DNA of 64,000 nucleotides. Source: Podarcis cretensis. Lineage: Eukaryota. Shown here piece by piece: positions 25,860-35,749 of the stretch. A model generated the notes under the pieces. The model was given only the letters and a program-made list of their open reading frames with translations. It did not search any database and was not told the origin of the DNA. The stretch covers positions 5,952,001-6,016,000 of the forward strand of contig OX638164.1 of the NCBI GenBank assembly GCA_951804945.1. The letters run 5' to 3'. Within the stretch, counting starts at the first letter, position 1, and the number at the start of each line of letters is the position of its first letter. Both the position numbers and the translations under genes were made by a program.

Positions 25860-26140
25860 TTTCAACCTCTTTTCCGCCACTCTTCCCAGCATTCCGCGAG
25901 AGCACCGGCGGGGAAGACTAAAACGTACAAAATACCCCGACCAATCAGAAGTGAGGGAAGGCGGGCGAGCTGACAGAACAGTTCCGTGCGCGCCTGCGTG
26001 AGACGGATGCGGACTTGAGCGCGCCCCGATTACGTTAAAGAATGTTTGGGCGGCCAGTTTATGCGGGAGCCGGCTAAGCTGTTCCTAAGGCAACGAGGCG
26101 CAAGCAATCGAACTCAGATGTCTAGAACAGGAAGTGAGAG
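25860..26140. promoter_or_regulatory. Orphan CpG-rich promoter/enhancer-like element between PPM1D and APPBP2
   Basis: CpG-rich patch in AT-rich DNA with CCAAT (25941), GC box GGCGGG (25960), NRF1-like TGCGCGCCTGCG (25987-25998) and ETS CAGGAAGTG (26128). No TIR, TSD or tail seen. Confidence 0.6.
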
Positions 26141-26272
26141 AGGAAAAAGGAATACTGTAGTATAGAACTACTATATAGATATTTAAGTGGTGATAGTTTG
26201 CCATAGGTATAAGTAGCGAGTGATAGATACGATATCGAGAAATACCTAAAACTGTATAGCTATATATCAGAA

Positions 26273-26273
<1 letters not shown>

Positions 26274-26324
<51 letters not shown>

Positions 26325-26455
26325 TTACTTATACCCCTCCCATCTGGCTGGGTTTCCCCAGCCACTCTGGGAAGCTTCTAACAAGAGATTAAAAATACAT
26401 TAAAACATCAGTCATTAAAAACTTCCCTAAACAGGTCTGCCTTAAGATGTCTTCA
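26274..26455 (-). mobile_element. L2-clade LINE 3' end with (TTA)n tail
   Basis: Reverse complement of the 3'UTR seen at 9290-9380, next to (AAT)n. Confidence 0.7.
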
Positions 26456-27162
26456 GAATATGCTTCCTTCCGCCTACAAATATGATCGATAAGGCTATTG
26501 TCTGTTGCTGAAGGACTTTTTGAAATTCAGTATATTTATATCTTGCTTTTCCTCCAAGGAGCACAAGATGGCAACCCAATTCCCCCCTCTCCTTGATTTT
26601 TTTCCCCATCTTCACAACAACCCTATGAGGTAGAATAGGTTGAGAGGTATAATGACTGGCCCAGGGTGAGCTTCAGGATTAAACTAGGCTTTGAGCCTTG
26701 GACTCTGAACTCCTAGTTTGACATCCGTTAAAGAGTTACTGCGCCTGCTGTATAGGTTACAGCTACATTTTCTGTGCTCTTTCAATAAAGATTGTAAAAT
26801 ATCCAAGCGCTTGAAATCACACATGACAACCACACCTGTATACGCACAGTTGACAGGATGGAGAAAAGCAACGTTTTGGCTGCCTTCATTTTGGGCACAG
26901 TAGGATGGTAAAGTGCTAAGCATATAGGGTTACGAGTGAGTATGCATCACCAGCAAGTCATTGTGTTTCACTGGCAAAATACGTGGGCCGTGGCAATCAG
27001 GCCTCTATTAAAGACCCACTGTGTAGTCTTGGGCATGTGACAATAATGCAGTCTCAGTTCTCCAGACTAAAATTGGAGCAAGGGTCACCACAGTGTTGCA
27101 AAAATTGCAAGATTTAAAAACATGCAGAAAACAGTTTTTTAATAAATGGTAAGTAAGTAATC

Positions 27163-27514
27163 GGGACGCAGGTGGCGCTGTGGGTTAAAGCCTCAGCGCC
27201 TAGGACTTGCCGATCGAAAGGTCGGCGGTTCGAATCCCTGCGGCGGGGTGCGCTCCCGCTGCTCGGTCCCAGCGCCTGCCAACCTAGCAGTTCGAAAGCA
27301 CCTCTGGGTGCAAGTAAATAGGGACCGCTTACCAGCGGGAAGGTAAACGGCGTTTCCGTGTGCGGCTCTGGCTCGCCAGAGCAGCGATGTCACGCTGGCC
27401 ACGTGACCCGGAAGTGTCTCCGGACAGCGCTGGCCCCTGGCCTCTTAAGTGAGATGGGTGCACAACCCCAGAGTCTGTCAAGACTGGCCCGTACGGGCAG
27501 GGGTACCTTTACCT
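27163..27514 (+). mobile_element. Sauria SINE (Squam1), young full-length copy
   Basis: GGGACGCAGGTGGCGCTGTGGGTTAAA head, B box GGTTCGAATCC, ACCTTT tail; perfect 13-bp TSD TAAGTAAGTAATC (27150-27162, 27515-27527). Confidence 0.92.
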
Positions 27515-28320
27515 TAAGTAAGTAATCACATATATTGACTTGTTGTATACCTTTGATGCCAAAGCACTAGCTCTCAAGTATGTGATTCTCTTTAAGTCAT
27601 GATCATAATTCCTGGATTTGCCAGATGGGAAACAAATAGGGCGGGCATGTGTATCAGGGAAGATGGGGGGGGGCATCTGGGTACACTTGCCCCAGGCCTC
27701 AGAGGGCTAAGCTGGCAGAAGAGCTCCACAAGGGGCCTGTCATACTTATGCTGTCATGCCAAGAATGCCCCATTTCTCCCAGCTGACCAGAGAGTTAATG
27801 GGCGAAACAGCCAGTGGTGAGATGCCCATGTCTGTCTGTATGCACTGCAAGTCTTCAATAGTAACATCTTGACCTGTGTTACCATGTTCTCTAACATGTA
27901 GCATCAGATCAACTTAGATGGCAGTGCCGTGCTGGCACATCTCATGGACAAGACTCCCGCCTCATGCCTCAGACAAGCTCTGCACAGGCCTGAAATAAGG
28001 TATTATTTGCCTAATAGCACATACCTTTGCTCTAACTTGGGGAGAGGCAGGACATTTTTTTAAATTGAAGCAGGGAGCGTGGCAGCATGGATGCTCAGGA
28101 TGCACTAAAGCAGTGGCCTGATTCTGGAAGAAAACCAAAGGCTAGAGGTTGGCTGAGACAACTCTGCTCCTTGCTCAGCGACTCTGATTTCCATATACTT
28201 TATTTAATGGTTGTAGTTCAGTGGTAGAGCATCTGTTTTTCACGCAAAAGGTCCAGGTTCAATCCTTGGCATCCCCCGGCTGGGCTGTGAGTGCCCGCTA
28301 CCTGAAACCCTCTGTTCATT

Positions 28321-28469
28321 GAATCACAGAATTATAGAGTTTCAAGGGACCACAAGGATCATCTAGTCCAATCGCCATGTAAAGCAGGAATCTTTTTGCC
28401 CAACATGGGGCTCGAACCCACAACCCTGAGACTGAGAGTATCATGCTCTACTGACTGAGCTATCCAGGT
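28321..28469 (-). mobile_element. tRNA-Lys-derived SINE with CR1-like 3' tail
   Basis: 28397-28469 on the minus strand is a 73-nt tRNA-Lys(CTT)-like sequence, followed by TGGACTAGATGATCC...GTCCCTT...TTCTGTGA (CR1-type end). Confidence 0.75.
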
Positions 28470-29500
28470 GTTGATTATCTTCCACGGTCAAGCACTTTTA
28501 TATTACAGCTGAAAAAGACCCAAAATGAACTTTGTACATGTTCAGAAACCAAAGGTTGAATCCAATGTTAGTCCTACTCAGAGTAAGGTATGCTTAGGCC
28601 CTTTAATTTAAATGGGGCTACTCTGAGTAGAGCTTTGTCAAATACTGCACCAGATAGAGAGATCTATCTCCAGGGCTAAGCAGTATTTTTGCAAACTGTG
28701 GGAGACAAGTCACAACTCAAATCAAGCCCAAGGACTACATGTTACTTTGCCTGCTTAGCTTAGTTCTACGTCTGCTTTCCAAGAAGCTTCCTAATCCTAC
28801 CACCTAAACTAGATCAATGCACATGTCATGTGTGACTACCAGTACACTAACTAAAATGTTGCACTGTGGTACAGCCAGCTACTTTTTCAGCACAGTTCAT
28901 GTACATTTCAATGAACTGTGTGCACACCATACATTTAAATAACAAGATCCCCAAAGAATCCTTAGAACAGCATTTACCTCCTCAGAGAACTAGAATCTCC
29001 AGCACCCTTAACAAACTACAATTCCCAGGATTCTTTGAGGGAAGTTTTAAACATGCTTTAAATGTTTAAATGCTCAGCTCCATCTCTGAATATAAAGATT
29101 GTGGTATTGTTGTTGTGAATGTTATTAATATATTACAAGTTATTGATGTGCCTGACACTCTTCTGACGAAAGACTTTGTCTCTGCCCCAAGAGCTTATAA
29201 ACTAAAATCCAACATGGGAAATAAAAGGCAGTGGAAGATAAAAGGAATAATCTGTGACACTTAAGATTTTCTTACAGGCTTAATTCAAATACAGCAAGGA
29301 AGGGGAGCCTGTGGTTCTCCAGATGTTGGACTACATGTCCCTTCAACCTGGACCACTGGCTGTTGCTGGCAGGGGATGATGGATGTTGTAGTCCAATAAC
29401 ATCTGAAGGCTCACAGGTCGCCTCACCTTGAAGTACAGCATTGTAACCAGCAGGTTGGGTCAAAGGCTTTTCTGAAAAGTAAGCTTTGGTGGTAGTAAGA

Positions 29501-29823
29501 AGGTAAAGGTAAAGGGACCCCTGACCATTAGGTCCAGTCGTGGCTGACTCTGGGGTTGCGGCGCTCATCTCGCTTTATTGGCCAAGGGAGCCGGCGCATA
29601 GCTTCCGGGTCATGTGGCCAGCATGACTAAGCCGCTTGTGGTGAGCCAGAGCATCGCACGGAAACGCTGTTTACCTTCCCGCTGGAGCGGTACCTATTTA
29701 TCTACTTACACTTTGATGTGCTTTCGAACTGCTAGGTTGGCAGGAGCAGGGATTCAAACCACCGACCTTCTGATCAGCAAGCCCTAGGCTCTGTGGTTTA
29801 ACCCACAGTGCCACCTGCGTCCC
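29501..29823 (-). mobile_element. Sauria SINE
   Basis: (AAAGGT)n tail on the plus strand, head ends ...CACCTGCGTCCC; internal deletion. Confidence 0.88.
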
Positions 29824-30023
29824 TTCGGTAGTGAGAAAGGTGGTGACAAAAAGAGGTTTGGGGAGATACTCCCAAGCATCAGTCATCTTAGGAATAAGGT
29901 GGCTGGCATCATTTAAAAAGTTTGTGTTTAAATACACGTTGACTTTCCCAGATGTTGTCACACCACTACAAAGGAACATGAGAAGCTGCCTTATACTGAG
30001 CCAAACCACTGGTCTATCTAGCT

Positions 30024-30270
30024 CAGGGGTCAGCAACCTTTTTCAGCTGTGGGCCGGTCCACTGTCCCTCAGACCATGTGGTGGGCTGGACTATATTTTG
30101 AAAAAAATGTGAACAAATTTGCTCCACAAATAACCCAGAGATGCATTTTAAATAAAAGGACACACATTCTACTCATGAAAAAACAAGCTGATTCCCAGAC
30201 CCTCCGCGGGCCGGATTGAGAAGGCGATTGGGCCACATTCGGCCCATGGGCCTTAGGTTGCCTACCCCTG
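30024..30270 (+). mobile_element. Non-autonomous hAT element
   Basis: CAGGGGTCAGCAACC...GGTTGCCTACCCCTG; 8-bp TSD ATCTAGCT/ATTTAGCT; nested in a SINE. Confidence 0.85.
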
Positions 30271-31570
30271 ATTTAGCTGAATAATGTCTGCACTGGCTAG
30301 CAGCAGTTCTCTACATTCCAGTCCCAGCCTTTTGGAAATGCCAGGGATTGAACCGGACACCTTCTGCAAGCAAAGAATATATCTGCCACAAAGCTACAGC
30401 TCTTCCCTAAAAATTAAGCAAGTTTCCAGTCCTCATGGTTCTGAATAAAGGACTGATTGAAAGCTGAGACAGACCATTGGTCCATCCAGCTCAGTAATGT
30501 TTACGCTGACAGGCAGCAGCTCTTCAGATTTCAGACAGGGTTCTGTCGCAGTCTTATCTAGGAATGCTGTGGACTGAACTGTCTGTATGCAAAGCAGTCC
30601 ATCTATCACTGAGCTACGGCCCTTCTCCTAATAGGACATCAGATCTACCACACACCTGGATAGCTCTTCAGAAAGGTGAGGAAAAATTCCATTTGTAGTT
30701 TGTAATGAGAAGGCATGACACATATTTGAGGATCTTAGAGAAGTTTTTCTTAAGGGTGCACTCTACACATGCCCGGGGGAACTATGTGCAGAGGTCCTTT
30801 TTGAAAAAGATTTGTTTTCGCTTTGAGGAAAGGCACTATGCACAAGTTTAGGAACAGTTTTTCCTCTGTATCCTTAAGAAACTTATTTTTCCTTTATTGA
30901 TGCTTTTAACTTTACCATCTTCAAAATTTAAGCTTGGAGACCTCTTTGATTGTGCTGCAACCCTTGCTTTCGGAAAAGCAAACAAACTACAATCTTTAAA
31001 CCTGCAACCTTATGGAATGTGCTGCAACCTATTAACAACAGGAATTTATTAGTAATAATAATAGTAACAAAGAATAACTTAGTAGTACATATCATTATTA
31101 ATATTAAAGTTGACAACCTTTAAACTGACAACCCTATGGACCATCTTATAATATTTTTTTCTCCCACCCACCCCCCTTTTGATTTTAAAATCTGGACTAA
31201 AAGGGTTGAGGAAAAACCCCTCTTTTTTTTGTTCCAATGTGCTTCCAAACTATACAGAAGAATTTTGTTTTCGTTTTTTTAAGTTAGCATTGCTGTTTTG
31301 TTTCTATTAAGAAAAACGGAACAATTCTGTTCTTTCATTTCTATTGTGAAAAATAAAACAATTGCTATTTTACTTTATTAAGAAAAACACAAGGGTTTTG
31401 TTTCGTTTTCAAAAGTTAAAGATGCATTTCTTTTAATGTTATGGGCGGGGGAGGAATAAAAGAAGTCACTTTGCTATTTTATTTTACTAAAAGAATTGAA
31501 AAAAGTCTTATTAAGCATACTTCTTCTTCTTCTTCTTGTTATTCCTGCAGGCACACTTCCACTGACTCCC

Positions 31571-31721
31571 NNNNNNNNNNNNNNNNNNNNNNNNNNNNNN
31601 NNNNNNNNNNNNNNNNNNNNNNNNNNNNNNNNNNNNNNNNNNNNNNNNNNNNNNNNNNNNNNNNNNNNNNNNNNNNNNNNNNNNNNNNNNNNNNNNNNNN
31701 NNNNNNNNNNNNNNNNNNNNN
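31571..31721. other. Assembly gap (151 N)
   Basis: Run of N at the upstream edge of the APPBP2 CpG island. Confidence 1.
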
Positions 31722-31829
31722 CAGTGAAAAGACCGCAGCCACCGGGTCACACGCCAGAGGAGAGAGAAGCAGCGCGAGACCCGCGGCCTCGGCCTTTCCC
31801 CTCAGGCCCCCTTCTCCCCTTCCTCGCGC

Positions 31830-31898
31830 TCCCTTCCTCCTTTTCCCTCCCTCCTTCCTTCCTTCCTTCCTTCCTTCGTTCCTTCCTTCCCTCCCTCC
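31830..31898. repeat. (CCTT)n polypyrimidine tract upstream of the APPBP2 ATG
   Basis: Read directly. Confidence 0.9.
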
Positions 31899-32229
31899 AA
31901 AGCGGCAGCAGCAGCGGCGACGGCGCCCCCAGCGGCTCCCTCCCGAGCAGGCCTCGCCCCGCCGCCGCGGCCTGAGGCGAAGCAGCTGCCGCCGCCTCAG
32001 CAGAGAAGGCGCTGAATCCCCCGTCGCCTCTCCTGGCTGGGAGGCGGAGCGAGCAGGAGGCCCCGAGCGAAGCAGCAGGCCGGCCCGAGCCCGGGAGCAG
32101 CACCGGCGGGAGGCGGGCGAAGAGGCAGGCGTCGCCGCCGCCGCCGCCGGCCTCCCTCTCTCCCTCTCTCTCTCTCTCCCTCCATCCACCCCTCCTCCGC
32201 CCGCCCGTCCCTCGCTCGGCACAGGCAAG

Positions 32230-32370
32230 ATGGCGGCCGTGGAGCTGGAGTGGGTGCCCGAGACGCTCTACAACACCGCCATCTCGGCCGTGGTCGACAG
32301 CTACGGCCGGGCGCGCCGCAGGGACATCCGCTCCTTGCCCGAGAACATCCAGTTCGACGTCTATTACAAG
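32230..32370 (+). CDS. APPBP2: APPBP2 (PAT1) coding exon 1
   Basis: MAAVELEWVPETLYNTAISAVVDSYGRARRRDIRSLPENIQFDVYYK. Strong Kozak context AAGATGG, donor AAG|GTGGGC, 141 nt. Confidence 0.97.
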
Positions 32371-34381
32371 GTGGGCAAGGCCGGCGCAGCGCCGGGCCGG
32401 GGGGGACGGACCCCGCCGTGGGGCTGAGGGGAGGAAGGGAAGGGGGCACCCCCTGGGTTGTATTTGTGGGGGGGGGTCCACGCAAGGGCGGCAATCAGGA
32501 GCGCCTCTCTTTTCCCCACCCCCCTACCGCTTTCCCAATTTGGGGGGGGGGGAAGGAAGATGGCTGCAGCCCAGCCCATTTTCGCCTCGGCCTTCCTTCT
32601 GCATCCAGCCACCCATTTCCCCAAACGGGAGCTTTTCCTTCTGCCGTCAGAGTGGACCCCCCCCCCCGAGCCATGTCTCCCCCCCTTGCTCCTAAAACTA
32701 TTACTTGCGCCCCCTCCCGCTGTCAGATTTGGAACCCCCATCCTTATTTGTTTTGCTCAGGAAGCGTCCCAACAGTTTCTTTGCCCCGCTCTGTACATTT
32801 CAGAAGGGGGCTCTGCTTGCTACTCGCATTTTATTTGCAACCCACGCCCCAGAAATCTTGTTTTTGCCCATCGCCTCCGCCTGCTCCTTCAAATGGGGTT
32901 TGCACCCCCTTCTGAATGAACAATATTTCAGAATTGGATTTGCTCATGTAAAAAAACAACCACCGCCATCCTCTTTGCTTGTGCTCCCTCACTGTAGAAT
33001 GTGGACCCTCAGAGAATCTATGTCGCTTATTTACCCCACTCCCCGTTATTTGGCTTTTTCTCTCCTTCACTGCAGAGCTTGCCCCGTGTAGAATCGCTTT
33101 TTAGACCCTACCCTGAGTATTTTCACCATTTATTGGAAGAATACTCACCATCATTATAGTACCTCTCCCTGTGATCTTTTTTTTTTTTTGCCCCTTGCAA
33201 CTCCCCCCCCCAAAAAAAACCCTTCTTTGCTGCCTTTTCCAGAATTTTCCTTCTCAAAAAATGACTGCCTCCCATTCCAGTTTTGCACACCCATCCTAGC
33301 AAATGCCCTGACACCCCCCCCAAAAAATTCCTTGATCCTTTCTTTTATTTGCTCTTCTTACCCCGTATGTAAGCACCCATTCTAGAATTTGCCCCCTAGA
33401 AAAAACTAGTATCTCTTTTTGCCCCACACCCCTTTCCTCCAGAACTTGGAAGAGATTTGTGTCTCAGATTTGGGGGGCACTTTCCAACCAGGCCTGTTGG
33501 GGCAGGGTGATGGTAGCAGTTAAGTCTGCATAGGAGCCTAAGATTGCAATCCTGACTCCACTTATCTGGGGGCAAATCCTGTTTAATTCAGCAGGACTTG
33601 CTTCTGAGTAGATATGGTTAGGAGGATTGCACTATAAATGTGTAATTGATATCTCTCTCTCTCACCCTCGACTGCAGAGGATTAACTAGAGTACTGTTTG
33701 GTTGGAGTGGGGTGTCATAATCAGCACTGCTGTGGCTGTGTGTTTCCAGCGTTGGTGTTTTTCTTGAGAGTGTAGAATGCTTTGTAATACAGTGATGTTG
33801 GATTATGCTGTCTTGCCTAGATTCTATTGGGAGCAATAGAGAGATTTGTGTCCCTCACCACACTTCGGTTTGTAGAACTGGGGTGCTGAAGAAAATAAAG
33901 ATTTATTCTCTCTCAAGGTTCTCATGACAGCTGGAGTTCTTAATCAAAAGCACGCTTTTAACATAAAGACTGCATGCTTTTCGTTTTTCCTAAAATCGCC
34001 ATCTCAAGTTAGTTTTATTGCTATTTGTTTTGCCATCCAGTTAAATATTCAAAGTGGTCCTTTGAAAATGTGAACTTTATAGATCAAGGGCAAGTCGAAG
34101 GATGCCTGGTATTTTCCTAGAGTTTGTATTCTATAAGCTGCTCTGGGTTGCGTTTAGAGTCTCCGCTTCCATCATTCTTCGATGTCAATCTTATTGTTTG
34201 TTATAGAGCAAATTGCTCTGTGGTGTTTATCCAGTGTTCTTTAAAAGACAAAGAAAAGTAATACTCATTATGGGTCTATTCTTGATAGTGGAAAAATAGG
34301 TTAAACTTCTACCTGCACGTTTTGGGGTGGTGGGTATACTGGCGTGTGTCCCTGCTTCTTAAGAAGGCAGAAAGAGTAATA

Positions 34382-34831
34382 CCGTATTTTTCGCCCCATA
34401 GGGCGCACCTTGTTTTTTGGGGGGGGAAATTAAGAAAAAAAATTATTTCCCCCCCAGGGGCTGGGGCGGGGGAAGCCCGAGCTTCCCCCAACCCCAGCCC
34501 CCAGAACAGGCTGCTATCCGCAAGCCTAGGGAGCCCGGCGGGAAGTCGCGCCGGTCTCCCCAGGCTTGCGGAGAGCTGCCCGGAGCACGCTTCTCAGCGC
34601 GCCCCGGGCTTCGGGATGCAGACAGCTCTCCGGAAGCCTGGGGAGACCGGCACGACTTCGCGCCGGGCTCCCATGGCTTGTGGAGAGCTTCCTGAAGCCT
34701 GGAGAGCGTGAGGGGTCGGTGCTCGCTCTCCAGGCTTCAGCGAAAGCCTGCATTCGCCCCATGGGACGCACACACATTTCTCCTTTATTTTTGGAGGGGG
34801 AAAAGTGCGTCCTATGGGGTGAAAAATACGG
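34382..34831 (+). mobile_element. Mariner-type MITE with CCGTATTTTTC TIRs
   Basis: CCGTATTTTTCGCCCCATAGG...CCTATGGGGTGAAAAATACGG, TA TSD, GC-rich internal inverted repeat. Confidence 0.85.
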
Positions 34832-35399
34832 TAATTGATTCCATCCCTACCTTCCCAAGCCTTAGCATATGAGAATCGTTTTCGAGTGAGCTTTTAAAAA
34901 GGTGTCTCGATAAAAGGCACCCCCCCCACTTTCATCATTGACCTAGTCTAGAAGGACAATCAAACAGGAACAGCACTGTAATGGGATCCATTTAAGTCAC
35001 TTCCAGATACCCTCTACCTTAGATATTGGGGGGGAGCCATTTAAATATTCACATTTTAGCCACTGAATGGGCAAAGCTTTTGGTTCAAGGGAGGCTTTTC
35101 ACTCAGCATATCTATACAAGAGAGTTTCTGCAAAAGGCACCCCTCCAAAAGAAAGTAGTATATATTTATTTGTACGCTGCCTTTTTCCTTGACGAGACTC
35201 AAGGCATCTTATAGATAAAAATAAGAACTGCTAAAACATAGAAAAATCAATCAAACATAGAATGAAATGGAGATTAAAGCTGTCCCTTGATAGGATAGAG
35301 CTGCTGCATTTGGAAATGCACGGATGAGCCTTGTCAAAGGCAGGGAAATCTGCAAACGTGTATGTTGGCTGGAGTTCATATATCATAACCCCATTTATG

Positions 35400-35550
35400 T
35401 CATAGAATCATTGAACTGTAGACTTGGAAGGGACCATAAGGATCATTTTGTTCAACTCCCTGCAATGCAGGAATCTTTTGTCCAACACAGGGCTCAAACT
35501 CATGACCCTAAGATTAAGATTTTTATTCTGTACTGACTGAGCTATCCCAG
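35400..35550 (-). mobile_element. tRNA-Lys/CR1-tail SINE, more diverged second copy
   Basis: Colinear with 28321-28469. Confidence 0.7.
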
Positions 35551-35611
35551 ATGAGGAAAGCTGTGAATGCTAAGTGGGCATTTCAGCAGGTTTCATTGCT
35601 TTCATCTACAC

Positions 35612-35749
35612 CAGGAATGGGAAACCTTTGGTCCTCCAGGTGTTGCTGAACTGCAACTCCCATCAGTCCCAGCAAATGTGGCCAGCAGCCTAGGGTGATG
35701 GGAGTTGCAATTCAGCAACATCTGGAGGACCAAAGGTTCCCAACCCTTG
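35612..35749. mobile_element. Palindromic hAT-like MITE, same family (others at about 10975-11080, 19480-19620, 29300-29430, 39750-39870, 40945-41150)
   Basis: Near-perfect arms AACCTTTGGTCCTCCAG.TGTTGCTGAA.TGCAACTCCCATCA and its reverse complement. Confidence 0.8.

Larger units (their letters stand above)
31722..32500 (+). promoter_or_regulatory. APPBP2 CpG island, 5'UTR and exon 1
   Basis: GC- and CpG-rich stretch from the gap through exon 1. Confidence 0.9.

Noticed and set aside
28397-28469. Functional tRNA-Lys gene
   Set aside because: The anticodon arm is disrupted, CpG decay is evident, there is no T-run terminator, and it is fused to a CR1-like tail, so it is a SINE head.
31441-32915. 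Long overlapping ORFs around APPBP2 exon 1, including the 328-aa ORF
   Set aside because: They span an N gap or GC-rich low-complexity DNA where stops are rare; only 32230-32370 has recognisable homology.
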